IMG/VR virus record: IMGVR_UViG_3300043811_000074
Coordinates: 1 to 64,000 of that record
Source: a virus
Direction: 5' to 3' (one strand)
Length of the DNA: 64,000 bases
Shown here: positions 54,274 to 63,496 of the stretch, piece after piece
How the letters are laid out: every line of letters starts with the position of its first letter
Position numbering within the stretch: position 1 is the first letter of the stretch
Made by a program: the position numbers and the translations under genes
The notes under the pieces: model-generated
Database searches by the model: none
Told to the model about the DNA's origin: nothing
What the model saw: only the letters and a program-made list of their open reading frames with translations

Positions 54274-55386
54274 ATGAAGCTAACGCTGCAACTCAAGCTG
54301 CTGCCCGATGCTGACCAAAGCGCCGCGCTGCTGGACACCATGCGCCGGTTCAACGCAGCCGCTTCTTTCGCTGCCGAACAGGGTTTTGCGGCTAGTGTTT
54401 TCTCCAAGCCGAGTATCCAAAAACTCTGTTACTACGATCTTCGCAAATATTTCAAGCTGTCCGCACAAATGGCCATTCGCGCCATTGCCAAAGCAGCAGA
54501 AGCGTTTGTCGCGAACAAGGCTGTTTGCCCTGAGTTTCGGCCTGACGGAGCAATGGCCTACGATGAACGAATCCTGTCCTTCAAAGACTGTCACCGCGTC
54601 AGCATCTTGACAGTGAGTCTCGGGCGCGTCCTCTTGCCCTACGTCTTCGGTGAGTATCAGGCAGCGAACCTTGATCGCATCCGTGGCCAGTGTGACCTTG
54701 TGTACCGGGACGGTAACTTTTTCCTCTATTGCACCATCGAATTTCAGGAAGCGCCGCCCGTTGAAGTTCGAGACTTCCTTGGCATCGACCTTGGCATCGT
54801 CAACATCGCCACGGATAGCGAAGGCGAAGCGTTCTCCGGCAAGACAGTTGACAGGAACCGCCGCCGCCGCCAGACCGCACGGAAGCAATACCAGCGGCGC
54901 GGAACCAAAAACGCCAAGCGCCGGCTCAAGCGTATGAGCGGACGGCAACGGCGTTTTCAAACATGGGTCAACCACGGCATTAGCAAGCAAGTGGTGATGA
55001 AAGCAAAGGCACTCGGCGTCGGGATCGGCTTGGAGGATTTGTCCTTCATCCGCTCGCGCATCGAGCCAACGGTTTCCAAACGCTTTCGCCGCCGCTTCGG
55101 GAATTGGGGTTTCTGCCAACTTCGGGCGTTCATTGAGTACAAGGCATTCCGCGAAGGCATTCCGGTCGTGACGGTCGATCCCCGCAACAGTAGCCGGACG
55201 TGCAGCGTCTGCGGCCACTGTGAGAAGGGCAACCGTCCCGATCAGGAAACCTTTCGCTGCAAACACTGCGATTTCTCCATGAATGCCGACTATAACGCTT
55301 CCCGGAACATCCGGGATTGGGCCAAAAGTAAACTGGCCTCAAAAATCGCGACTGCCCAGGTCAGTGATAAAGCCGTCTGCCTTTAG
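54274..55386 (+). CDS. tnpB: RNA-guided endonuclease TnpB
   Basis: GIDLG, GLEDL, SRTCSVCG, FRCKHC, NADYNA; RuvC D-E-D intact. Confidence 0.95.
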   Translation: MKLTLQLKLLPDADQSAALLDTMRRFNAAASFAAEQGFAASVFSKPSIQKLCYYDLRKYFKLSAQMAIRAIAKAAEAFVANKAVCPEFRPDGAMAYDERILSFKDCHRVSILTVSLGRVLLPYVFGEYQAANLDRIRGQCDLVYRDGNFFLYCTIEFQEAPPVEVRDFLGIDLGIVNIATDSEGEAFSGKTVDRNRRRRQTARKQYQRRGTKNAKRRLKRMSGRQRRFQTWVNHGISKQVVMKAKALGVGIGLEDLSFIRSRIEPTVSKRFRRRFGNWGFCQLRAFIEYKAFREGIPVVTVDPRNSSRTCSVCGHCEKGNRPDQETFRCKHCDFSMNADYNASRNIRDWAKSKLASKIATAQVSDKAVCL

Positions 55387-55398
55387 GCGACGGTCAGT

Positions 55399-55707
55399 TT
55401 ACTTCGGCCTCCCATTCAGCGGAACCACATTCGCCTCTCGGCGCGTTGCTTCCAGGTCCACTTGCAGCTGCCGGTATTGTACCCTCAATTCATCCAGGGC
55501 CGCCTGACATTTCGACACCGCGACCATCATTCGCTGCGTGCAGTCCTCGACGGCTTGCAAATCAAATACGCTGGCGAGAGCTTTGCGAACCATCTCCGGT
55601 TCGGCGCGGGCGGCAATCCCTATTGCCAGCACAATCATACCGGCCCATTCCCGGCCAGCGGTGCGCGTGATAACACCGAGCATGTCTTCGGCTTCCTGTT
55701 CGTCCAT
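55399..55707 (-). CDS. Hypothetical protein
   Basis: AGGA RBS; stop supplied by the IS right end. Confidence 0.6.
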   Translation of the reverse strand: MDEQEAEDMLGVITRTAGREWAGMIVLAIGIAARAEPEMVRKALASVFDLQAVEDCTQRMMVAVSKCQAALDELRVQYRQLQVDLEATRREANVVPLNGRPK

Positions 55708-55711
55708 CGGC

Positions 55712-56200
55712 TTACTTCCTGTTGACTAACTCAAGAATTCCGCCGCAACTTATACAAAGCAGTTTGCAACCACGAATGCGCTTTTGAATTAAGCCACAAC
55801 GATTACATTGCCGGTTTGGTGCATCACGGTTTTGTCTGCCTGATTCTGGCGGTGGCCTTTGTTTGAAACAGCCGGATTTATTCCACTCACGCCTTAGAAC
55901 AGCGACCGCATCGAATGTTCTTTCGATTGTCGCTCGCCATTCTCTCAAAATTCGATGTAAAAGAGAATGACAGGCTTTGCAAAGCGGAATCACGTCGGCA
56001 AGGTCTTCATGTCCAAAACGCTCATAAGTATGGTGATGTAGTTGAATGTCCTTGGAACTGCAACACATGCAGGCCAATGGCAAGCCAGATTCCCAATATC
56101 GCTTTCGGAAATTCTGCCAATGAGCGCAGGCAAGATACTCTTTGTAACTTCCGAATCCGAGTCGCCTAAATGACTTCATGGCCAAATCCGCCAATCGCAT
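55712..56200 (-). CDS. HNH endonuclease
   Basis: YKEYLACAHW, CMCC, LHHHTYER, LCKACH; start uncertain. Confidence 0.75.
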   Translation of the reverse strand: MRLADLAMKSFRRLGFGSYKEYLACAHWQNFRKRYWESGLPLACMCCSSKDIQLHHHTYERFGHEDLADVIPLCKACHSLLHRILREWRATIERTFDAVAVLRREWNKSGCFKQRPPPESGRQNRDAPNRQCNRCGLIQKRIRGCKLLCISCGGILELVNRK

Positions 56201-56468
56201 AACCCAAAGCGGAGAGCGCACCGACCCCGCAGAAAACGGGGCCGGAATCGCATGAACCCTGAAGGGAGCCGCGCCCGCCTTGGCTTGATTCTTTAGAGAC
56301 TTTTCCAAGGTCGCCGTCAAGTCTTAACGATGGTTCGGCCGGGCCTAGCGCTCCGAACGCACCGGGGCTGAATTTTCTGCACCCCTTGTCGCTGTACTCG
56401 TTCGCGGCATTGCTGCCTTGCCTCGGCGGTCGGTGGGGTGAACACCGTTTGTCCAACCTGGGACTATG

Positions 56469-59400
56469 TTAAAATTCGCTGTCTGGTTGCGTGAATGTTG
56501 CCCGTCTCGCCTTGCCGAGTTTCACGAGCCGATCCCAGCATTCTTGTTTCAGGATGCCATGCACAAGCCGTAAATCTTGCGCCACGGCTTCAATCTCGTC
56601 ATTCGTTTTGGCCTTGTCCAGTTCGGCAGTTTTCTTTTTCTCGTAAGGTTCTGGCTCAAGTTTGGCGTCAATCATCTGTGACAGGTCATAGCCGCACTTG
56701 GCGCGTTCGGCAGGAACCCCTTTCCACTTGGCGAAATTCCTGGCTTTGAGCGAAGGTGGTTCGTGCGTCCATTGTCCTTCTTCAATTCGGTTGACGCGGG
56801 CCACTTCCTCAAACGGAGTTCGTTTCTTCAAGAGCGAGATGATTCTGCCAGCCTGTCCCTTGCTCAATATCTTGGTAATGTTCATGCCAAGGAACCTGAT
56901 GAATTTCTCTTGCGCCTCTGTTGCTTCTTTTGGCCCGGCATTGCTGCCAGTGCCAACATCGTGCGCCGTGTAGGTTGCTTCAGCATTCGCCTTGGCGCGG
57001 CGCTCGGCTTCTTTCTTGGCTTCACGTTCTGCCTGTTCCCGCTCCGCTTGCACCTTGGCCCGCGCGTCAGCATCCTCGCGCTGGGCCTGTCCAATGGCGT
57101 CCTCAACGCTCATTTCTTCTTCGGTGGCTTCATCGGCAAGAATCTCCGAAGCTCGGTCAACGATCTTATCCGGCAGTCCTTCCGCATAAATCATGACTGT
57201 TGAAGCGCAATCTGCTAGGCCGGTAATGCCCACGAGGTCAACGATCAGGGCATTGGGTTTTGAGGACGCGGCAATCGCGGCCAAGCGTTCCTCTCGTGTT
57301 GCCAGTCCGTTCAGCAGGCCGCGTAAAGGACGGCATGAGCGGCCCTTCATTTGTTCGGCAAGTGACGATGCCTTTTTGCTGACTGGCCGAAAGACGGCCA
57401 CGCACGCGATAGAGGGATCGTTGTAACCTTCGCGGCAAAGACCGCAGACAGACAGAAATTGAAACTTGCCCGATTGATGGTCAAGATAGACCTGTTTGCG
57501 TTCATGCTCTGGCGAAGCGCCGTCGAGTTCGCGGGCCTGATCGCCACTTTTGGTAATATCTGTTGGCTCCAACATCCGGCCACAAGCGCAGGCCGCGCCG
57601 TCGCCGATCAAAAGGCGCGGTTGCCACTTCACCAGACCGCAGGTGCATTTTGTTTCGACGCGGGCATTGATGAAGCGGGCGACGTTCTTGGCCATTTCCA
57701 CGCCGGGCGAAAAGATCAGCGTGCGCCGGTTCTCAACCATATCCAGGAGAGGCAACACCAGAGTTGCCAGCATTTTTTCTTCGCCGAGTTTTCTTTCGAG
57801 ATCGGCTTCGTCGAAGTCTTCTCCTAGCTTGGCGAGCGATTTGAAATCCACTCCCTCTACGTCGATGTATTTCTGGACGTAGGGTACAGCCCAGCCGTCT
57901 TTGACTCCGCAAGGCTTGCTCGGCGAGTAGAGCGGGTAATCGACCGCGATGCCGGGAAACATCTTGTCTCCCACGGACACTTGATCCCCCCGCTTCGGGG
58001 TCGCGGTCATGCCGGTGCGCCGGCTCTTGGGATTCTGTTCAAACCAATCGACGATATGCCCCACACTTGTTAGGTGATAAGCGTGCCGGTGCGCCTCATC
58101 GAATACGATCAGCCAGTTCAGCCGATTGTCGAATTTGTGCAGTCGGCTCCATGCGGCTCCATGCGCCTCTGGCTCGCGACACAGACGCGCAATTTCATCG
58201 CGCACGGCGTCCGCTTCGCCGCCGCGCTCCAGGTGTCTCAGGAATCTCTTGCAGGACCGCTCTGGGCAAGCGCCAAGGTCCATGACTCCATAACCGCCAA
58301 GCGATTCGATTTGTTCGGGTGTCGGTGGTTTGGCGCGGAGAAGTGACGCGCGGCTGACGACGGAGATTTTCGGAATGTCATCGGCGTCAATCGTGGCGGC
58401 GTCCATTTCGATGCCGGGTCGGATGCCGAGAACTTCTTCGATTTCTTGCGCGAATTGCCAGACAAGTTGCGTCTCGTAACTCACGACCATGCAGCGATAA
58501 TCCTCGCCGCGCCGGAGCCAGGTGTTCATCTTCATGCAGGCGCAAATAGTGTTGTGTGTTACCGTGAAGTCGCCAAGCAAAAATCGCCCGTCACCGGACA
58601 ACGTAAAGCCGAAGTATTCGCCTTCCCCGATTGGTTCAACGGCGAAACCAAACGACAGATGGTCTTTCTTCTGTTTTCGTGGGGCCGCTCTTTTTCTGGC
58701 AATGCGTGTTGGGATGACTGAGCAATCGCCGCTGATTGATACTCGCCAGTAGGTTCCGGTCGTGCCGTTGTTTGTGCAGGTCTTTTGGCATTCAGCAACA
58801 TAGGCGGCCAGTCCAAGCGAACGGGCCACGAACGCAACGTCCTCAGAGAGTCCCTTGATTTTGGAAATGTAATCGAATCCGCCGTGATGTTCGCATCCGT
58901 CCGTGTCCAGTAAACCGGCAAGAATTTGCAGGCGTGTTTCACGGCTTCCGGTCTTGTAGACGTGCGGAATCCGTTTGCCATCCTTGATCAAAAGTTTAAT
59001 CCAAGATAGGAGCGGATTCTCGTTGCCGTGATAACTGCCTTTCCGCAGCCGCCAAGTCGTTGCCTTTCCGCTTTTCATGCCTTCAACCTTGACCAAATCA
59101 AGGCAGAATTCGCTGGCTACGGTCGCAAGGGCATCGACTATTTCTTGATCGGCGGTTGTCACTTCAGGTTTTTTGAAAGTCCCGTCACCAAGCCAAACGC
59201 CAAGAAAGTAAGGATTGAGCAAAGGCACTTCGTGGTCGTGAAATTCGACCGCGACACGAAAGCCCTTCATGATGTGCTTGAAAGAGGAAGATTCCGCAAG
59301 GTACTTATCAAGCGAAATGTCAATCACCTGTCCCGGCTTCATCCCGCGAATCGTGTTGATCTTCTTGGAAAAATTGGTGGCCTTCAGGGTCAGAACATGA

Positions 59401-59801
59401 ACGTCGTTCACGACGAAAGGTTCTCCGCGATTTGGCGTGATCCGAAACAGTTGTCCGACTCCCTGATTAGTTCGGAGAACGCGGCGCGGCTTTGAATCTG
59501 GACCCATCAGTAAATCGCCGACAGCAATTTCCTCGACTGGCTTGATTGTCCCACTGAAGAGCATAACCATCGTGCCGCGTCCAAGACACTTTCCACCGCC
59601 TGTAAAAATCCGCGTCAGCGTGCCGAGTTCCCCGCCGTCCCATAGACGGAATGATTCGTCATGATCGGTCAGTTGGTAATCGCGGGCCACGATACCGGCG
59701 CGCGTCCCTGGCTCAAAAAGAGTTTCCATGTTCTCTCCTAGCCGACAAGCATATCGTATTGCCACTTGGGAACGCGCCCAACCTTCTGACAATCGCGGCA
59801 A
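56469..59801 (-). CDS. SF2 (DEAH/ResIII-like) helicase with intein
   Basis: RDYQ, TGGGK/T, DEAH, TATP.RGD, EGYNDP, QMKGR..R; start may be internal (METLF). Confidence 0.9.
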   Translation of the reverse strand: MPRLSEGWARSQVAIRYACRLGENMETLFEPGTRAGIVARDYQLTDHDESFRLWDGGELGTLTRIFTGGGKCLGRGTMVMLFSGTIKPVEEIAVGDLLMGPDSKPRRVLRTNQGVGQLFRITPNRGEPFVVNDVHVLTLKATNFSKKINTIRGMKPGQVIDISLDKYLAESSSFKHIMKGFRVAVEFHDHEVPLLNPYFLGVWLGDGTFKKPEVTTADQEIVDALATVASEFCLDLVKVEGMKSGKATTWRLRKGSYHGNENPLLSWIKLLIKDGKRIPHVYKTGSRETRLQILAGLLDTDGCEHHGGFDYISKIKGLSEDVAFVARSLGLAAYVAECQKTCTNNGTTGTYWRVSISGDCSVIPTRIARKRAAPRKQKKDHLSFGFAVEPIGEGEYFGFTLSGDGRFLLGDFTVTHNTICACMKMNTWLRRGEDYRCMVVSYETQLVWQFAQEIEEVLGIRPGIEMDAATIDADDIPKISVVSRASLLRAKPPTPEQIESLGGYGVMDLGACPERSCKRFLRHLERGGEADAVRDEIARLCREPEAHGAAWSRLHKFDNRLNWLIVFDEAHRHAYHLTSVGHIVDWFEQNPKSRRTGMTATPKRGDQVSVGDKMFPGIAVDYPLYSPSKPCGVKDGWAVPYVQKYIDVEGVDFKSLAKLGEDFDEADLERKLGEEKMLATLVLPLLDMVENRRTLIFSPGVEMAKNVARFINARVETKCTCGLVKWQPRLLIGDGAACACGRMLEPTDITKSGDQARELDGASPEHERKQVYLDHQSGKFQFLSVCGLCREGYNDPSIACVAVFRPVSKKASSLAEQMKGRSCRPLRGLLNGLATREERLAAIAASSKPNALIVDLVGITGLADCASTVMIYAEGLPDKIVDRASEILADEATEEEMSVEDAIGQAQREDADARAKVQAEREQAEREAKKEAERRAKANAEATYTAHDVGTGSNAGPKEATEAQEKFIRFLGMNITKILSKGQAGRIISLLKKRTPFEEVARVNRIEEGQWTHEPPSLKARNFAKWKGVPAERAKCGYDLSQMIDAKLEPEPYEKKKTAELDKAKTNDEIEAVAQDLRLVHGILKQECWDRLVKLGKARRATFTQPDSEF
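58551..59588 (-). mobile_element. Intein (Hint plus LAGLIDADG), 346 aa, in Walker A
   Basis: GGGK|CLGRGT...PYFLGVWLGDG...LAGLLDTDG...TVTHN|T. Confidence 0.93.
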
Positions 59802-60796
59802 CCTTTGCCGTCACATTTGGGACAAGCGGAGTGGCATTTTGCGGTGCGCACGGTTGAGCAACCGTCCTTGAATTTTTGGATGGCGCTTTCGCGGCGGTTG
59901 TTGTAGTCGAGCCATTCGTCTTTGGGCAGGTTGTCGTCAACGAATTTCATCAGACCACGGCAGAAGGATTCGAGTTGCGAGTTGCGCTGTTTGATCGCTT
60001 CGTCGATGGTGGCCGGTTCGGTGTCCTCTTCCTCTTTTAGTAGGTCTTCGTCGATTTGCTCGGAAAGTGTTTTCTTTTTCTTGCCGTTCGCGGACGGCTC
60101 TTTCGGCTTCTTGTTCAGCGCCTTGCAGTCGGGGCAAGCCTCCCGCATGACGCGCCCGAGTTCTTTTTGATGCTGGCAGAATGAGCAGAATTTCGGCAGC
60201 GCTTTGGTCGCGGTTGTGGCCTGCCCATTCCGCACGGCATCGACAGCGTGATTCTGAATCTCTGGCGGTTCGTGCGCGACGGTCGCGGCGTCTGAGAGTG
60301 ACACCGTGCCGTCAATCACGGCGGCTTGGAGTTCGGGAGTCCCTTCATCTGTGACGGTTTTTGCTCTTGCTACAGAGCGCCCGCTGACATTGAGCATTTC
60401 AGCAGCTTTGGCGCGGGAGGGTGTGCCATCTGGCACATGCTGATTTGCTCCCTTCGGCAGCGTGGCCAGCGTTGCCGCGAACATGGCCCGTTGGCTTTCG
60501 TTGAGATGCTGCCGCAGTACCTTTTTCATGACGTACTGCATGGGGTCTTTGCCGATAAACTCGGCGAATGTTGGCACGACTTCAGCCATCAGCGCGGCTT
60601 TATGTTTGTGGCGTCCGTCCAGAATTTTCCCGCCGTAGGTGATGATCGGCTCGCCTTCATCGTACCCGTTTTCGCGCATGTGAGCAGCGAGCGCTTCAAG
60701 GTCGATGCCGATGCCGAATTCAACGAGAGCAGAAAGAGGATGATGCTTGAGGGTTCGCCAGCTGGCGGGAGTGTCGATTGGTTGCGTGGTCTTCAT
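59738..60796 (-). CDS. ParB/Srx-like N-terminal domain protein with HTH
   Basis: PIITYGGKILDGRHK, RQHLNESQRAM, AAEMLNVSGRSV. Confidence 0.8.
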   Translation of the reverse strand: MKTTQPIDTPASWRTLKHHPLSALVEFGIGIDLEALAAHMRENGYDEGEPIITYGGKILDGRHKHKAALMAEVVPTFAEFIGKDPMQYVMKKVLRQHLNESQRAMFAATLATLPKGANQHVPDGTPSRAKAAEMLNVSGRSVARAKTVTDEGTPELQAAVIDGTVSLSDAATVAHEPPEIQNHAVDAVRNGQATTATKALPKFCSFCQHQKELGRVMREACPDCKALNKKPKEPSANGKKKKTLSEQIDEDLLKEEEDTEPATIDEAIKQRNSQLESFCRGLMKFVDDNLPKDEWLDYNNRRESAIQKFKDGCSTVRTAKCHSACPKCDGKGCRDCQKVGRVPKWQYDMLVG

Positions 60797-61110
60797 GCGT
60801 CCGCCCCTTCCTCTCCGAAGAGGTCTTCGCGCACGTCGAATTGAATTTGATCTTTCTTGCTGCGCCGACCCCGGATCGGTTCGATATGCCGCGCCGGAGT
60901 TTTGCGCGTCGTGACGGGAGTAATGAGTACGTCGTCGGGGTCTTGGGGATGGGGAATGATGGTCAGCTTGAGACAGGCTTCGCGTTTGTCGGGCAGGCTT
61001 GGACGTTGGCGACAGTCAACAATGGCCGCCTCGATTTGCTGGCGGAAATCCTCTTGGAGTCCAGCCGATAACAGGTGCATGGTTTCGAGAGTTAGGGTTG
61101 CTGCTTTCAT
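60793..61110 (-). CDS. Hypothetical phage protein
   Basis: AAGGA RBS; ATGA coupling. Confidence 0.65.
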   Translation of the reverse strand: MKAATLTLETMHLLSAGLQEDFRQQIEAAIVDCRQRPSLPDKREACLKLTIIPHPQDPDDVLITPVTTRKTPARHIEPIRGRRSKKDQIQFDVREDLFGEEGADA

Positions 61111-61129
61111 GCGCCATCCTTCGCGGAAT

Positions 61130-61276
61130 AAAAGTGCCAACCCGCCCCGGCCTTGGTCTCGTGCCCGCAAAGGAAGACGCGCGGGTACGGGTTGGTGGCT
61201 CAAAAATGTTTTGTCTTGTGTGATTGCGGGCACACACACCAGAGAAGAGATTAATCAATCCGCGAATCCTTGTCAA
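61130..61276 (-). promoter_or_regulatory. Promoter plus structured leader, copy A
   Basis: TTGACA-14 nt-GATTAATCT; box GTGCCCGCAA and its complement inside a downstream hairpin. Confidence 0.65.
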
Positions 61277-62442
61277 GCCGAAACTGGAAGATTTTTTCCG
61301 GCATGGTAGGAATGCAGCGCAACCACAACATCCTTGACAAGCTCTTCGTCCAGGTCCGTGGGGGCCGTCCCTTGGAGGATTCCCACCAGAACATCGGGAG
61401 GAGTCCCGCATTTCACGCAGGCGACCACGACCGGCCAGAGCCGTTGAGTGCAGTCGGAAAACTTTTCCAGACCCAGCACTTTGCGGAGTTTGTTGCCCGC
61501 GTCTTTTTTGCCAGCTGGGAATTGCAGCTTGAGCCAGGTCGTTTGCAGGGCCGTCAGTTTGTCGTTGGGTTCCCCGGTGGGAATCGGCGGCTCCATGGGT
61601 TCGGGTTCCGCTTTGGGTTGTTCCTTCGCTTTGGCAGGGGCTTTTGCTGCTGGCTTCGCTTCGGCTTTTGGTGCGGCCTTGTGGTCGCTCATCGCATCAG
61701 CATCCATGTTCGGTTTGGCATCGCCTTGGACTTGATCCTCGTCTTGCGTGAACAGGTCGCTTGTGGCCGTGGTCGTGCGAACGGCCTTGACGTAGGCGCG
61801 TTTGTCCGCCATTGCAATCACGGTTTGAAGCAAGTCGAATTGGTCAGGGTTTTCGATTGTGCCGACGCGCTGCTCTTCAATCAGCGGCTCGCCGTCGCGG
61901 AACTTGGCATTGCAGCCGCCTTTTTTCGGCCAGCACAACCAGCCGCCGCCGTATTCTTCCTTGCCCTTGATGACCGTCCCGGCTTTCTTGCAGGCGGGGC
62001 AAGTGCGCTCTTCGGAGCGATAGCGGTACTTGCGCTCCCATGTCGTGCAGGCTCCGCGCCCGGTTCCGACAACAGGACCATCGGTGTCCATGTAATGCAG
62101 GCGGCATTCGACGACGATGGAGATAACCGGGGTCGTCACGCCGTCGCCGAAGATCGGCTCGCCATGATAGGTCGGCACAAGCCGCAGAGGTTGACAAAGG
62201 ACTTCCGCGCCGGGCTGATGCAGAAACGGCTTGGCCACGCCGGGAACTTTGCCGAAATGCACCCCGTCTTCCATGACAGCGGTTTGAATGGCGCGTACGC
62301 GGTCGCGGGCAGTTTTGATGTCGATTAGATGCTGGGTAAATTCCCCTTGCGGCATCATCGCCAAGGCTTTCCAGCCCTGCGAAGATTCACGCACAGTCAG
62401 TTGCCCGGCAATTTCGGTGAGTTGTTGGCTTGAGCTTGTCAT
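61273..62442 (-). CDS. Putative single-strand annealing/recombination protein
   Basis: HFGKVPG..KPFLHQPGAE, TVIAMADKRA.V.AV...SDLFTQD; ATGA overlap with the HNH gene. Confidence 0.6.
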   Translation of the reverse strand: MTSSSQQLTEIAGQLTVRESSQGWKALAMMPQGEFTQHLIDIKTARDRVRAIQTAVMEDGVHFGKVPGVAKPFLHQPGAEVLCQPLRLVPTYHGEPIFGDGVTTPVISIVVECRLHYMDTDGPVVGTGRGACTTWERKYRYRSEERTCPACKKAGTVIKGKEEYGGGWLCWPKKGGCNAKFRDGEPLIEEQRVGTIENPDQFDLLQTVIAMADKRAYVKAVRTTTATSDLFTQDEDQVQGDAKPNMDADAMSDHKAAPKAEAKPAAKAPAKAKEQPKAEPEPMEPPIPTGEPNDKLTALQTTWLKLQFPAGKKDAGNKLRKVLGLEKFSDCTQRLWPVVVACVKCGTPPDVLVGILQGTAPTDLDEELVKDVVVALHSYHAGKNLPVSA

Positions 62443-62930
62443 GGTTGTGCCTTTCGTTTGGGTCGCGGTCCTTTTTTGTGATTGAGTTGGATTCCGTCTT
62501 CTTCTGCCCAGCGCTTCACCCATTTCCAAACTGCCGCGATAGTGAAGCCAGTGGCATCGACGATTTCGGGGTAAGTCGTGCCTGCCTTTACCATGCCCAT
62601 GATCTTTTCGCGGTGTTCCGGTAATCGCGCTTTCATGCGAAGATCCTTTTTGCCGTGACATTTCAGGCAGAGTGTTTGTAGATTCTCCATCGTGTTGTGC
62701 TTGCGGTTTCTATCTTTGTGATCCAAGGTGATCGGCCTGCCCCACTTCTGCCGATGTTCAGCGTCCGTCATGCCGCAATGAAGGCATTTGTAGCCGTCGC
62801 GTTCAAGAACCCGTTTGCGTAGACCGCCGTAGTTCGATGCCGTGCTGAACCCGTTTTGCTCTTGGAACTCGCGGCGTTTACGGCGATGCCATTCCAGCTT
62901 ATAAGCCTTGTGCTTTTCAGTTACAGGCAT
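62439..62930 (-). CDS. HNH endonuclease with C-terminal HTH
   Basis: VLERDGYKCLHCG, LDHKD, NTMENLQTLCLKCH. Confidence 0.85.
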   Translation of the reverse strand: MPVTEKHKAYKLEWHRRKRREFQEQNGFSTASNYGGLRKRVLERDGYKCLHCGMTDAEHRQKWGRPITLDHKDRNRKHNTMENLQTLCLKCHGKKDLRMKARLPEHREKIMGMVKAGTTYPEIVDATGFTIAAVWKWVKRWAEEDGIQLNHKKGPRPKRKAQP

Positions 62931-62939
62931 AGCACCCTC

Positions 62940-63070
62940 AAAAGTCACCAGCCCCCCGGCTGAAATCTCGGCCTGCAAGAGACGAGGCGCGGGGCAGCTG
63001 GTGATTCGCGTTGTGAGCGTGGCTTGCAGGCCGTGGGATAGAGATTAATCTTTCCCGCCCTGGGCGTCAA
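62940..63070 (-). promoter_or_regulatory. Promoter plus structured leader, copy B
   Basis: TTGACG-14 nt-GATTAATCT; box CGGCCTGCAAG and its complement inside a downstream hairpin. Confidence 0.65.
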
Positions 63071-63202
63071 GGTCGGTAGGTGGGGAATCCGGCAGTTCCA
63101 CTGTCATCATGGCAACCTGCACGGCGCAGAGTTCGTCATAGATGGCCGGGTCTTCTGATTCCAGATAGGCTTCGATCAGTTGGGCTTCACGTTCTTCGAG
63201 CG

Positions 63203-63496
63203 TCATTTCACAATCTCCCCGTTATCGTCCAGCAGCAGCGTTGCGGGCCGCACAATCGGCCCGGTGACATGCCGCCGGAGCGTGGTTTCGATGATGCCTC
63301 TGTCGTCTCCGTCCGTTTTCCACCAGACGATAAATGTTATCTGACCTTTTTCCTTGACGCTGGGCACGTTATGCAGCGGCAAGAGGTCTACCTGATGCGG
63401 CGGGCCGCCAGCCCGGACGCGAACGAAAGCCAGGTCCGCGAGCCGGTGAAAGCCCCGGCGCGCTGCGCGGATGGTTGCGCCGAAAGTTGGTGTCAT
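63203..63496 (-). CDS. Hypothetical protein
   Basis: GGAGG RBS before MTPTF. Confidence 0.5.
   Translation of the reverse strand: MTPTFGATIRAARRGFHRLADLAFVRVRAGGPPHQVDLLPLHNVPSVKEKGQITFIVWWKTDGDDRGIIETTLRRHVTGPIVRPATLLLDDNGEIVK

Larger units (their letters stand above)
54166..55402 (+). mobile_element. Non-autonomous IS200/IS605-family (IS1341-type) element, target TCAC
   Basis: Left end GAAG plus hairpin CCACCGC/GCGGTGG; right end AAAG plus hairpin ending TTAC; no tnpA. Confidence 0.85.

Noticed and set aside
54280-55266. 328-aa antisense ORF over tnpB, and similar long antisense ORFs (5524-6435, 32299-33396, 61270-62328)
   Set aside because: Mirror frames of real genes with no recognisable motifs.
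56200-56460. Possible third structured leader upstream of the 55712 HNH gene
   Set aside because: Short stems and a TTGACG are present, but no GATTAATC box or long box/anti-box pair.
62443-62661. N-terminal extension of the 462-aa SSAP-like ORF
   Set aside because: Overlaps the HNH gene; ATG 62442 has an RBS and ATGA coupling.
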